Positions 10,053 through 19,592 of a stretch of 64,000 nt of DNA are shown here, piece after piece. Each line of letters opens with the position of its first letter. Position 1 is the stretch's first letter. The notes below the pieces were generated by a model. It did no database searches. It saw nothing but the letters and a program-made list of their open reading frames with translations, and was not told where the DNA came from. The DNA is from an uncultured beta proteobacterium (GTDB taxonomy: Bacteria; Pseudomonadota; Gammaproteobacteria; Burkholderiales; SG8-39): contig CAVVGT010000009.1 in NCBI GenBank assembly GCA_963747775.1, positions 3,409 through 67,408 of the forward strand, in the 5' to 3' direction. The position numbers and the translations under genes are program-made.

Positions 10053-11175
10053 GCCGATGGCATCCATCTGGGACCGGGAGAACACAAGGAATCGCCCAAG
10101 GCTGTCTGCGCCTCCCGCCGAACGCCCTTCGTCGTCAGGAGCATACCAGCCACGGCAAGACTTAAGACACACCCCACCGCATCATGGGCTCAGCCAGCCC
10201 GAGTGGCGTCACTTGTTCGTCCGGGCGCGCCGGCCCACCGGGCCGGGCGGGCGATCACTCGCGCGAACACCTTGCAGGCTAGAAATCGCAGCTCTCGATG
10301 ACGCGCTCGATCAGCTCAAGCTCGCGGGTAGTTCAATGCCTCCAACCGAACATGCTCAGCGCGAACACGATCAGAAGTGGAAGTCTCCCGAGGCGATGCC
10401 CGTGACTTGAATCTCTGCTTAGGGTCAACAGCGCAGTCGAACGACAGCTTTCAGCGACTTGGCTGTATCGCCGCTTTTGGCCGATCTGAGACGTTGGCAA
10501 GGTCGACTCGCCGCGGCGCATGCTGCCGAGTTCTCGCCGCAAGTCGAGCGAATATTCAGTACATCAAACTGCGAGGTGACGTTGTCCACCGGTCTCGAAC
10601 CATCAACGCCGGGACCGCCGAAGGCCCATCCAGTGACCAAGGAAGATCTGGAGGGGGCGATCCGCTTCCCGAAAAGGTCTCGTTCAGGCAACTGAACGCG
10701 CATTGCAGCTGACCAACAGGTAAATTCTGGGAGTTCCGTCAATCTGCTCCTAGCCGTTATCCGATGGTCCGCGCTCAGAGTTGACGGCGATTGCCCTACC
10801 CAGTCGATGGATTCGCCATCCATCATTCGAATAGCTGCTTACGACCGATGGGCTGCCCGCCCTCACGTCTCGAAGACGATGATGTTCGAGGGTAGGAGTG
10901 GTCGAGACCACAACATGTCGCGATTTGCACGCCGAGCATTGTGACGAAGTGCTCGCCTGGAGGCTTGAAAAAGTTGCTCGTCAGATATGACGTCAGCATA
11001 TTGAATTCTCAACCTCGTGTACGGAGTGCCGCAGCGGCACCGTAGCGCATTAGCGCTGTGGCTAGCGATCGAAGACGCTCGCGCAGTAGCCTGCCTACTT
11101 GGCAATTGCCTGGGGCGCCCTGCGCGCGGGTCGTACCCCCGAACACACCCTCAACTTGGAGTGGAGGCCCCGCAG

Positions 11176-11421
11176 ATGGCTCTCAACAAGTTTCAGCACG
11201 AGGACTGCGCAATCACGGTGAGTGCCATTTTCCTGTCGGGGCCGCGGAAGTGGCGGCCCCACATCTCGATCATTCGCCTCCGCCGCACTGCGGCGCTAAC
11301 CAGAGAGCAGGCTATCGTCGACCAACCCGCAGTATTCTCGTCCGCCCGCGATGCCCTGGAGTTCGGGACGCACCACGCCCGCAGGCTCGTCGATGGTGAC
11401 TTGCCGGGGTTAAAGGTGTGA
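11176..11421 (+). CDS. hypothetical small protein
   Basis: 81 codons (MALNKFQHEDCAITVSAIFLSGPRKWRPHISIIRL...) preceded by ggagtggagg. It lies in a lower-GC coding-poor patch and I recognise no family. Confidence 0.3.
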   Translation: MALNKFQHEDCAITVSAIFLSGPRKWRPHISIIRLRRTAALTREQAIVDQPAVFSSARDALEFGTHHARRLVDGDLPGLKV

Positions 11422-11602
11422 TCGAGACGGAGGTGCAGAGAGACGAGGCGTGTACCGTCCGCTCTGTTTCGAGTGCACGTGCTGCAGTCAGGTGTTTTCT
11501 GCGGTTGTGCTAGCCCTATGATCTGCACTTGGCTCTGCACCGAACTCAGCACTTCACAAGTCAGGACTCGTCACGTACCGTTACGAGTCGTGAAGTCCCG
11601 AA

Positions 11603-11651
11603 ACGGCTGTTAATCGGCAGGTCGTAGGTTCGATCCCTACTCGGGGAGCCA
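11603..11651 (+). pseudogene. tRNA-Asn(GUU)-like 3' fragment (anticodon loop, T arm, acceptor 3' strand, CCA); not an intact tRNA
   Basis: ACGGCTGTTAATCGGCAGGTCGTAGGTTCGATCCCTACTCGGGGAGCCA carries a CTGTTAA loop, a GTAGG/TTCGATC/CCTAC T arm and TCGGGGA-G-CCA. There is no complementary TCCCCGA 5' acceptor or D arm upstream. Confidence 0.6.
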
Positions 11652-11889
11652 GGTTTCATAGGGAATTTTGCGCCCGTTTAACTGCGGACTAACCAGTCCG
11701 TGGGCCGAATGGCTGCATCCGACCCGAACGCCTATCCGCTGTCCTTAGAAGCAGCCGTTCGGGTCGCGCCTGAAAGCTGGTACCGCGCGGTGTCCCGCGT
11801 CGGGAGCGAGGGACGAGCGTCGTCGAGAGCCCGAGACTCGCTTTGTTCCGCTGTCGCCCTGCGACGAAGACATTCCTCCGTCCCTCGAC

Positions 11890-12501
11890 TCACACGGTGA
11901 CCGGGGCGGACTTCTGTGCGGCGCGCTTCATGCCTGCCAGCAACTCGCCCGCACCCGACCCCCACTTGGAAATCACGCTCACGGCCTGCGTGAAGGGCAC
12001 GTCGACCGGATGCACGCGCTCGTTCGCGATGATGTAGATCGAGCCGGCGGCAGGCGTGGGCACCGATGGCACGAACACCGCGCATTGGCCGTCGCCGCAC
12101 TCTTCGACAAGGAAGGCCGGCACGAGGGCATCCTCGATTTCCACCAACACCACGGCGAAGGTTTGCTCGTCCGTCTGACCGGCGATACGGCCCGCGAGCC
12201 CGCGGATCAGCGCATAGCCTGGAATTCTCTCGAGGAGTGACCGTTCGAGCGCGTTCTTCGCCCGCAGGCCCGGGCCCGTGCGCACCGCGATCCCGCAGAC
12301 GAAGCAGACGCCGATCAGCACCAGGATCGCAACGAGCTCGCGGAACGGCAGCGTCACGGGCAGTCCCTCAGTAATTGGCGCGACCAGCCTGACCACGGCG
12401 GCGAATGCCTTCAACAGCAAGAGCACGCTCAGGTACACGGGAATGATGATGAGAACGCCACCGATCAGCGTGGTCTTGGTGAATTCAGCAATGGCCCGCA
12501 T
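11890..12501 (-). CDS. DUF502-domain membrane protein
   Basis: 203 aa. Two N-terminal TM spans and the conserved LLERIPGYALIRGL / SVPTPAAGSIYII pattern of DUF502. Confidence 0.8.
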   Translation of the reverse strand: MRAIAEFTKTTLIGGVLIIIPVYLSVLLLLKAFAAVVRLVAPITEGLPVTLPFRELVAILVLIGVCFVCGIAVRTGPGLRAKNALERSLLERIPGYALIRGLAGRIAGQTDEQTFAVVLVEIEDALVPAFLVEECGDGQCAVFVPSVPTPAAGSIYIIANERVHPVDVPFTQAVSVISKWGSGAGELLAGMKRAAQKSAPVTV

Positions 12502-12775
12502 CTGTCTCCCCTTTGCCCGATGTGACGGCGCATGGTGCAGCAGCCTCGGCCAGCTCCGGCATGGCCTCCGCGGCGCGAAAATTGATGAGCGTAGAAACGT
12601 GAAGTATTAGTACCTTTTCTTCAACGAGAAAGCCCGTACGCAGGAGACTCGCACTGTAGGTTGATTAGGGCGACCGACCGAGCGCGCTTTCTCTGAACAG
12701 CCTAGAGCGGCTGTCCGGCTTCGTCGCTGAGGGCGGTCGTGGCGTCAGCCGGCGGCTAGCGAGAGGCTGAATGGG

Positions 12776-13513
12776 TCAGCGAAAGACTTCTCGCGATGAA
12801 TCTCGGCCCACGACCGGCGGCTCGATCTCGCGCTCAAGCATCGTGCGGTACACGAGGCCGCCGAGTCCCGCACCGACCAGCGGCGCAAGCCAGAACAGCC
12901 AGAGTTGCTGTAGATAAGCCATCCCAGCGAAGAGGGCCGGGGCAGTGCTGCGGGCGGGATTGACCGACGTGTTCGTGACCGGAATGCTGATGAGGTGAAT
13001 GAGCGTCAGCGCGAGCCCAATCGCGAGGCCGGCAAATGCGACGGGCGCGCGCCGATGCGTCACGCCGAGAATGACGATCAGAAACATGAACGTCATGACG
13101 ACCTCGGTGACGATCGCGGCGCCCATGCTGTACTTGCCGGGCGAGAGCGAGCCGAAGCCGTTCGAAGCAAAGCCCGCCGACGGGTCGAACCCCGCGCGGC
13201 CGGTCGCGATGACATACAGCACCCCCGCGCCGACGATCGCGCCGGCAAGCTGCGCTACCCAGTAGGGCAGGAGGTACGCAGCCGGAAACCGGCCGCCCGC
13301 CCACAGCCCGAACGACACGGCTGGATTGAAATGACCACCCGAGATCGGCCCGAGGGCATAGGCGGCGGTGAGGACCGAGAGGCCGAAGGCAAGTGAAACG
13401 CCGGTGAAACCGATCCCGAGCTCGGGAAACGCCGCAGCGAGCACCGCCGCGCCGCAACCCCCGAGGACCAGCCAAAACGTACCGAGGAATTCAGCGAGGA
13501 GCTTCGCAGGCAT
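12776..13513 (-). CDS. aqpZ: aquaporin Z
   Basis: Two NPA boxes ([19 protein letters not shown]) and six TM spans, with near end-to-end AqpZ-like sequence. The start is taken at MPAKLLAEF (alternative 13543). Confidence 0.9.
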   Translation of the reverse strand: MPAKLLAEFLGTFWLVLGGCGAAVLAAAFPELGIGFTGVSLAFGLSVLTAAYALGPISGGHFNPAVSFGLWAGGRFPAAYLLPYWVAQLAGAIVGAGVLYVIATGRAGFDPSAGFASNGFGSLSPGKYSMGAAIVTEVVMTFMFLIVILGVTHRRAPVAFAGLAIGLALTLIHLISIPVTNTSVNPARSTAPALFAGMAYLQQLWLFWLAPLVGAGLGGLVYRTMLEREIEPPVVGRDSSREVFR

Positions 13514-13741
13514 AGCGGATCTCCTGGAAACGCGCGTCGCCATGGTGCGCTCGATTTATGACGTTGGCAAGCCAGAGCGCGGCGGTGGCCGCTTCCGGGG
13601 TCAACCCGCACTCTCGTCCTCTGCTGGCACCGATTCCGGCGCGCAGTCTCCGCACGGGACTGAGACGCTCGGCCAGCATTGAGGCGGAGGGCATAAGCTT
13701 GCGCATTCGGTCTTAACGTCCGCGCGCATTTGCGGACTAGT

Positions 13742-13781
13742 AGTCCGCTAAACCGCGGATCACTGATCCGTCGAGCTTACG
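13742..13781. promoter_or_regulatory. two adjacent palindromes (GCGGACTA-G-TAGTCCGC and GCGGATCA-C-TGATCCGT) upstream of aqpZ
   Basis: Read directly: 8-bp and 7/8-bp inverted repeats, each with a 1-nt spacer and centres 23 nt apart. They lie in the 310-nt gap between the M23 gene stop and the aqpZ start. Related copies occur at 29-43 and 11684-11701. Confidence 0.4.
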
Positions 13782-13855
13782 ACTCTACTGCCGGTTGCTG
13801 AAACCGGGGTCGTGTAGAGCAGACTGGCTGCTACCGAGCGTTGAGGGGCGAATGC

Positions 13856-15280
13856 CTATCGCCGCCGCTTCCCTCCGCCCTTCCTCGCCGGCTTCGCCAG
13901 CTGCTGCGCCTCCGCGATCTCCTGCCCGCTACGCCCTTCGAGCTTGGGCTTGATGTTGTCGTCGATCCACTTCTGGTCCCACCACTCAACCGGCAGCACC
14001 GCGACGCCATCGAGATAGATCCCGAAGTGCAGATGATCGCCGGCGGCGAGCCCGGTGTCGCCCGTCTTGCCGAGCGCTTGGCGCCGGGTGATCGAGTCCC
14101 CGGCTTTGACGTCGATCGAACTCAAGTGCCCGTACAAGCTGAAGAGGCCGAGGCCGTGGTCGAGGATCACTGTGTTGCCGTAGATGCCCAGGTCGCCCGT
14201 GAAGGCCACCGTGCCGCTGTTGGCGGCCTCCACTGGGTAGTGCTTCGTCACCGAGAGGTCGTAGCCGAGGTGGTACGCGGTATCGATCGGCTCGCCGTTA
14301 TAGGTGTACGTCCGGTAGTCCGCGAAGTTGGCCTCGACCTTCGAGTTGCTGAGCTGGGCGAAGGCGTCCTTCCATAGCATCTTGGGCGTCGCCTTCTGCG
14401 TGATCGCGGTAATGCGGTCCTCGTTCTCCTTGCGCAGCCGCTTGTTCACGGCGAGGAATACATCCTTCGGCGCGCCTTGCCGTGCGGCGACGTCGGAGAT
14501 CAGCGGCGTCACCTTGTCTTGCAGGAAGCTGTCCGATAGTGCGAGCGTGCTCTTTTTGTAGCGCACGTTCTTCAGCTCATACGCAAGCCGCATCTCGCGC
14601 GTGTTGCCGGCCTGGTCCGTGGCGACCAGGGTGGGCCTCGCCTCCGGCGGCGCATCGTACGGATGGGCGAACAAAGCCAGGGTGTGATCCGGATGGTCCG
14701 CCACCTGGCCAGCAAAACCGGGAAAGAAATAGTTGCCGCTCTTGACGCCGCTTGTCACCGTGTCCGCCGACGCCTTGTAGACGATCGCGCCCACGCCGCC
14801 GAAATTGACGTAGCGATCGTCGGCAATGAGCTCCAGCGTGGGCGGCGTGGTGTCGATCGTGATGTTCTTCTGCACCACAGCCTCGTTGCCGCGCCAAAGC
14901 GACGCGTCGCGCGCGGTGACGCGCAGCACGACGGGACCTTCCTTCACACCCGGCACCTTGGCCAGCGCCACCGCGATCTTTTTCTCGCCCACCGACTGGT
15001 CGAACTGCTCGGTGACCAGATTCTGCTCGGTGCCGCCTTGCGACAGCGTCGCCGTGACGGACTTCAAGCCCGTCCCCTTGTCGGTGACCTGGATCTCCAT
15101 CGGCGCCACGCCGACCACGTCGACATCGGGCGAGATGACGATCTGCGGCGGCTCGGATTCGAAGCGCGGCCGCAGGTAAAGACCGCCGCCAACCAGCGCG
15201 GCGATGACGAGCATGAGCACGAAGACAAGAGCGACACTGGCTAGCTTGGTGCGGGGACGTTCGGAGGAAAAGGCGTTCAT
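13856..15280 (-). CDS. M23-family (LytM-domain) metalloendopeptidase, membrane-anchored
   Basis: HLGYDLS, GNTVILDHGLGLFSLYGHLS and GDTGLAAGDHLHFGIY (the HxxxD and HxH motifs), plus an N-terminal TM anchor. Confidence 0.85.
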   Translation of the reverse strand: MNAFSSERPRTKLASVALVFVLMLVIAALVGGGLYLRPRFESEPPQIVISPDVDVVGVAPMEIQVTDKGTGLKSVTATLSQGGTEQNLVTEQFDQSVGEKKIAVALAKVPGVKEGPVVLRVTARDASLWRGNEAVVQKNITIDTTPPTLELIADDRYVNFGGVGAIVYKASADTVTSGVKSGNYFFPGFAGQVADHPDHTLALFAHPYDAPPEARPTLVATDQAGNTREMRLAYELKNVRYKKSTLALSDSFLQDKVTPLISDVAARQGAPKDVFLAVNKRLRKENEDRITAITQKATPKMLWKDAFAQLSNSKVEANFADYRTYTYNGEPIDTAYHLGYDLSVTKHYPVEAANSGTVAFTGDLGIYGNTVILDHGLGLFSLYGHLSSIDVKAGDSITRRQALGKTGDTGLAAGDHLHFGIYLDGVAVLPVEWWDQKWIDDNIKPKLEGRSGQEIAEAQQLAKPARKGGGKRRR

Positions 15281-15415
15281 CGTTAGATCGGGTGGTTTGG
15301 AGGCGTGGCCGCGGGCGAGCGCCGGCGAGCAAACCGTTAGCTGCTGGCGGGTCGCAGTATAACTGCCGGCGCGCGGCGTGGCCGGATGCCGCTCGACCCC
15401 GCTTGCCCTGTCAAG

Positions 15416-17413
15416 TCAGCACGGGGCGCCCGGGCATTCCTTCGACAGCCCCAGCACTTTACTGAGCCCCCTCGCGATCGACCTGGCGACCTCGTACTGG
15501 CCGAGAATGTTCGGGTGCATCACGCCGGTGGAGAATCCTCCGGGTGAATCGAATGCGGCAACCAGTTCGCCTTGGCGAAGCAGCGAATCCCCGTGGGTAT
15601 GAAACCACGGGCGACGGTCAGGCCGTTCCCAGCGGTTGCAGTACCCGTGAAGTTTGGCGGTCTCTTCGTAATCGGAAACGATCTCCCACCCGTTGATGGC
15701 GGCGGCCGATCTCACCGCGCTTTGCAGGGGGTCGATCACGTGTCCGCGCAGGTCTCCGACTTCATTCTCGGACATCCCCAGGAAGAACGCCCAGTCCGCC
15801 GTATGCGAAATGATCGTCCTTTCCTCGAGCAACGTGACCCTGTCGCGTACGCCGCAGCGATCGTCGACCTTCCCGTCGCTGGAGCCCTTGTATCTGGGAC
15901 CATACGTGGGATTGGGATACTGAGTAATCAGAACCTTCAGCTTTCCCTGGCGTGCTCCGACGTGCCGTTGCAGATCAGCGGCGAGCCGCTCGTACTTTTC
16001 GTCCAGTCGATGCGATTCATACTTTCGATCTGCACGGAAGCCTGCCAGGTCAAATGAGTTTCTGTGAGATAGCGAGTATCGCAGGAGGTTGCCAAAGGCG
16101 ACGTCGTTGGCGCCGGCGGAAATCAATAGCGCGTCGACCGGGCGGCGGAACCCACTGCACTCTCGGATGCTCAAAGACGCAGCCAGCACCCTGCCAACTC
16201 CGGCCGCAGGGGTGCGGAGCAAGTCCTCAGGCGGGCAGAGCAAGTTCAGGACCGCATTCAGCTGAGACGGCAACGGGCCCACATAGGCATCGTGGCTGTG
16301 GTGAAGGCCCGTTGCTGCGCCGACGCAAATCGCATCGCAAGCATCGATATCCGATTCCAGCTCTCGAGTATTCAGCTGCCGGCAATCGAGCACCTCTCTG
16401 CTCATCCGGCAGATGCTCGGGCACCCGCCCTGATTCTTGCAATCATCCTGACCGAACGCTTTCACAACGTCTTTTCGGCACTCCCACCGAGAATCACTCT
16501 GCGCTTCGCAGCTTTTCGGCCGAGGGATCTCAAAAGGCAACAGCAGCCTCTCCAGCTCTGGGCGCGCCGGTCGATTAGATGCACTTGCTGGCGCGTTGGG
16601 CAGGAACGTTCGCAACTGCTTGGCAAGCTGTCCGTACGTCTGTCGACCTGCATACGGTCCGAGTAGGCCAGCCATGATCTCCGCGCCCGAGCAAGCGAAG
16701 CTGACGAACACCACCTGAAGCTGCGGATTCTGGCGCGCCAGCATCATCGCCGCCTGCGCCGGGCCGGCGTAGAGAGACCGGTGGCAACGCTGGTCCCACC
16801 AAAGCGCTGGTCGCGCTACCGGATCGCCCGCCTGATTCACAAGGCGGGACGAGAGGTGATCCACGGCATCGACGTCGGGGACACCGTCTCCCGACGCGAA
16901 CGAGTCACCCAGCGACACAATGAGCACAGAGCGAACCTCGATGGTCTCCTTGATAGGTTCTCCACCGCGCTCGAGCCGGACAGTCACCTTTGCGCCCCGC
17001 TGGTCCCATCGGAATACATGCCGGACGCCTCCGCAGTCCCGCGTGGCGAGCGGTGCGTCGTCGATGGTCCACGTGCACGCCCCGGAAGCCGGTGGAGGGG
17101 CGAGCGAAAGCTGGACGACGATTGGGCTGTGGATCAGATCTTCGTCGTATCGCTGATAGTAGTAATCCCACCGGGTCGCAGGTACGCCGGCCGCGGGATT
17201 CCGCATTGTGGGATTTGCGAGATAGGCTTCAGTGTTACGCGCCAGTACATCCAGATCTTCTGGATGCACTAGCAAAGGAAAGCGGTTGACGACTTTCCAC
17301 TCGATTCTCTGCTGCGCTATTGCAAGCGGACTCCCGGACAGCGTGAACCAAACCACGATCACGAGCTGCAGCAACTGCTTGCAACCGGCATCCGCGCGGC
17401 TCTTGGTCCCCAT
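15416..17413 (-). CDS. exported SGNH/GDSL-family hydrolase with large Cys-rich insertion
   Basis: Signal-like N-terminus (LLQLVIVVWFTLSGSPLAIAQQ). Block I VSLGDSFASGDG, block III ISAGANDVAF, block V GVMHPN. About 230 aa lie between blocks II and III, with many Cys residues. Confidence 0.65.
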   Translation of the reverse strand: MGTKSRADAGCKQLLQLVIVVWFTLSGSPLAIAQQRIEWKVVNRFPLLVHPEDLDVLARNTEAYLANPTMRNPAAGVPATRWDYYYQRYDEDLIHSPIVVQLSLAPPPASGACTWTIDDAPLATRDCGGVRHVFRWDQRGAKVTVRLERGGEPIKETIEVRSVLIVSLGDSFASGDGVPDVDAVDHLSSRLVNQAGDPVARPALWWDQRCHRSLYAGPAQAAMMLARQNPQLQVVFVSFACSGAEIMAGLLGPYAGRQTYGQLAKQLRTFLPNAPASASNRPARPELERLLLPFEIPRPKSCEAQSDSRWECRKDVVKAFGQDDCKNQGGCPSICRMSREVLDCRQLNTRELESDIDACDAICVGAATGLHHSHDAYVGPLPSQLNAVLNLLCPPEDLLRTPAAGVGRVLAASLSIRECSGFRRPVDALLISAGANDVAFGNLLRYSLSHRNSFDLAGFRADRKYESHRLDEKYERLAADLQRHVGARQGKLKVLITQYPNPTYGPRYKGSSDGKVDDRCGVRDRVTLLEERTIISHTADWAFFLGMSENEVGDLRGHVIDPLQSAVRSAAAINGWEIVSDYEETAKLHGYCNRWERPDRRPWFHTHGDSLLRQGELVAAFDSPGGFSTGVMHPNILGQYEVARSIARGLSKVLGLSKECPGAPC

Positions 17414-17853
17414 GCGCCACCTCCAATAGATAAGCCCTTTCACATGATTAGGTCTCTTCAGATCGCTCTACAGTCATGGGCTTGCCGCTTTCCGCTCGAT
17501 TGGAACTGGGCGATCAATCTGAACATACTGCGTGCTAAGGTGGTCTGCAAGATGTGACCCAGCCTCGATCGGAATCGGTTCAATCGATACCTCACGGACG
17601 AGATGGGGCGTTTCGAAGCGCCGCTTGCGCGGCACGAACTGAATGAAGAGCACCGTAGGTCTCTGGGCGGGTCAGCACCGAGGTGCTGTTGCATTGTCTG
17701 ATGCGGACAATGGGCAAATGGTTGAGCTCTTCGAGAGCAAACCGCGCCTTCCCCTTTCTGTCCACAAGAAGAAGAACCTGCTAAGCTGGTCGGCCAGATC
17801 AACCGCGCTCTGCATGACGCGCGCGGGGCCGACAACGCGACCGGAGCAGCAGC

Positions 17854-19218
17854 ATGGCTGAGAACGGCGCATCGCATTGCTGCGGGCCAGGCTATGCCTC
17901 GCCGGCCGAGGCAATGAAGGCCCCCCGCGAGAAGATCCTCTACACGGTCGCGCTCTATATCGGCACCGGCATCCAAAAGCCGGACTACCTGGCGACCATC
18001 GACGCGGACCCGGAGAGCCCCACCTACAGCCAGGTCATCAGCCGGCTGGAGATGCCGGGCATCGGCGACGAGTTGCATCACATGGGCTGGAACGCCTGCT
18101 CGTCGTGCCATCACGATCCGACCAAGCAACGGCGCTACCTGATCGTGCCGGGCGTCCGCTCGTCGAATCTGCACATCGTCGACTGCGGCATCGACCCGAA
18201 GGCCCCGCGCCTGCACAAGGTGATCGAGGGCGCCGAGATCAAGTCCAGGACCAATCTGTCGGCCCCGCATACCGTGCACTGCCTCGGCTCCGACATCATC
18301 ATCTCGATGCTCGGCGACGCACGGGGAAACGCGCCCGGCGGCTTCCTGCACCTGAACGAGCACTTCGACATCGTCGGGCGATGGGAGAACGACCTAGGCG
18401 GCATGAAGTTCAACTATGACTTCTGGTACCAGCCGCGCCACAACGTGATGGTCTCGTCCGAATGGGCGGCGCCGAACACCTTCATGCCGGGCTTCGACCT
18501 CGAGGAGGTCGGCCAGCTCAAGTACGGTCGCGAGATCCACTTCTGGGATTTCAAGGGGAAGCGCGTCGAGAAGACCATGTACCTGGGCGAGGACGGGCTG
18601 GTGCCGCTGGAAGTCCGTTTCCATCACAATCCGGATTCGAGCCATGGCTTCGTCGGCGCCGCCCTCTCGTCCAACATCATTCATTGGTACAAGCGGGACG
18701 GCCAGTGGATCTGGGAAAAGATCATCGATGTCGAGAACGTGCGCCACCCGGAATGGCCGATCCCGGTGCCGGGCCTCATCAGCGTGATCCTGATCTCGAT
18801 GGACGACCGGTTTCTCTATTTCTGCAACTGGCTGCACGGCGACATTCGCCAATACGACATCTCGGATCCCTCGAACCCGAGATTCACCGGCCAGGTCTGG
18901 ATGGGCGGCCTGCTGAACAAGGCACCCGTGGTCAACGGCCGGCGTATCACCGGCGGGCCGCAGATGATCCAGCTCTCGCTGGACGGCAAGCGGCTCTACG
19001 TCACCACCTCGCTGTTCTCGACGTGGGACAACCAGTTCTATCCGGATATCCGGCAGAACGGCGGCTGCATGCTGATGGTCGACTGCGACACCGGGAGCGG
19101 GGGCATGTCGATCAACCCGGATTTCTTCGTCGATTTCGGGCAGGAGCCGAACGGCCCCGCCCGCTGTCACGAGACGCGGTATCCGGGGGGCGACTGCACC
19201 TCGGATATCTGGCTCTGA
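17854..19218 (+). CDS. selenium-binding protein 56 family (SELENBP1/methanethiol oxidase MtoX-like)
   Basis: 454 aa with full-length SBP56-like sequence (HCCGPGYASPAEAMKAPREKILY, GDELHHMGWNACSSCH, YFCNWLHGDIRQYDISDP). GGAG RBS 8 nt upstream. Confidence 0.9.
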   Translation: MAENGASHCCGPGYASPAEAMKAPREKILYTVALYIGTGIQKPDYLATIDADPESPTYSQVISRLEMPGIGDELHHMGWNACSSCHHDPTKQRRYLIVPGVRSSNLHIVDCGIDPKAPRLHKVIEGAEIKSRTNLSAPHTVHCLGSDIIISMLGDARGNAPGGFLHLNEHFDIVGRWENDLGGMKFNYDFWYQPRHNVMVSSEWAAPNTFMPGFDLEEVGQLKYGREIHFWDFKGKRVEKTMYLGEDGLVPLEVRFHHNPDSSHGFVGAALSSNIIHWYKRDGQWIWEKIIDVENVRHPEWPIPVPGLISVILISMDDRFLYFCNWLHGDIRQYDISDPSNPRFTGQVWMGGLLNKAPVVNGRRITGGPQMIQLSLDGKRLYVTTSLFSTWDNQFYPDIRQNGGCMLMVDCDTGSGGMSINPDFFVDFGQEPNGPARCHETRYPGGDCTSDIWL

Positions 19219-19220
19219 AG

Positions 19221-19592
19221 ATGGCGGAAGTCACGATCACGCTTGCCAACCGGGGCGGCGCGTCGTTCCGGATCGATCGGGGGAAGCCGCTGCTCGATGC
19301 GCTGGAGGCGCAAGGCATTTCGCTGCCCTATGGCTGCCGCTACGGCGGTTGCATCTCCTGTGCCGCGAAACTGCTTTCGGGCGAGATCGACCAGCGCGCT
19401 GGCGTTGCGCTGAACGGGCGGCAGCTCGCCGATGGCTACGTCCTCCTCTGCGTTGCCCGGCCACTGACCGACTGCACGTTCGATGTCGGCGTCGAGAGCC
19501 ATGACAGGCTCTACCGCAATCCCTTCGCCAGCCCGCTCGCGCCGCATGAGTTGAAACCCGGCATCGCGACCCCGCTGGAGGATGCGCGATGA
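19221..19592 (+). CDS. 2Fe-2S ferredoxin (plant-type fold)
   Basis: CRYGGCISCAAKL...LLC gives the Cx4Cx2C...C pattern. The ATG lies 2 nt after the SBP56 stop. This is the in-frame C-terminal part of track ORF 18462..19592. Confidence 0.8.
   Translation: MAEVTITLANRGGASFRIDRGKPLLDALEAQGISLPYGCRYGGCISCAAKLLSGEIDQRAGVALNGRQLADGYVLLCVARPLTDCTFDVGVESHDRLYRNPFASPLAPHELKPGIATPLEDAR

Noticed and set aside
11551-11651. Possible intact tRNA (or tmRNA 3' end) at 11.6 kb
   Set aside because: The T arm, acceptor 3' strand and CCA are good. However, no TCCCCGA 5' acceptor or D arm lies ~75 nt upstream, and the anticodon stem pairs poorly. The acceptor also lacks the GGGG/G-U features of tmRNA. I treat it as a 3' fragment.
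17444-17853. Lower-GC 410-nt divergent intergenic region between the SGNH and SBP56 genes as a hidden small gene or ncRNA
   Set aside because: Only short frames without starts are present (for example ...RKRRFETPHLVREVSIEPIPIEAGSHL...), and there is no convincing structure. It is more simply a divergent promoter region.
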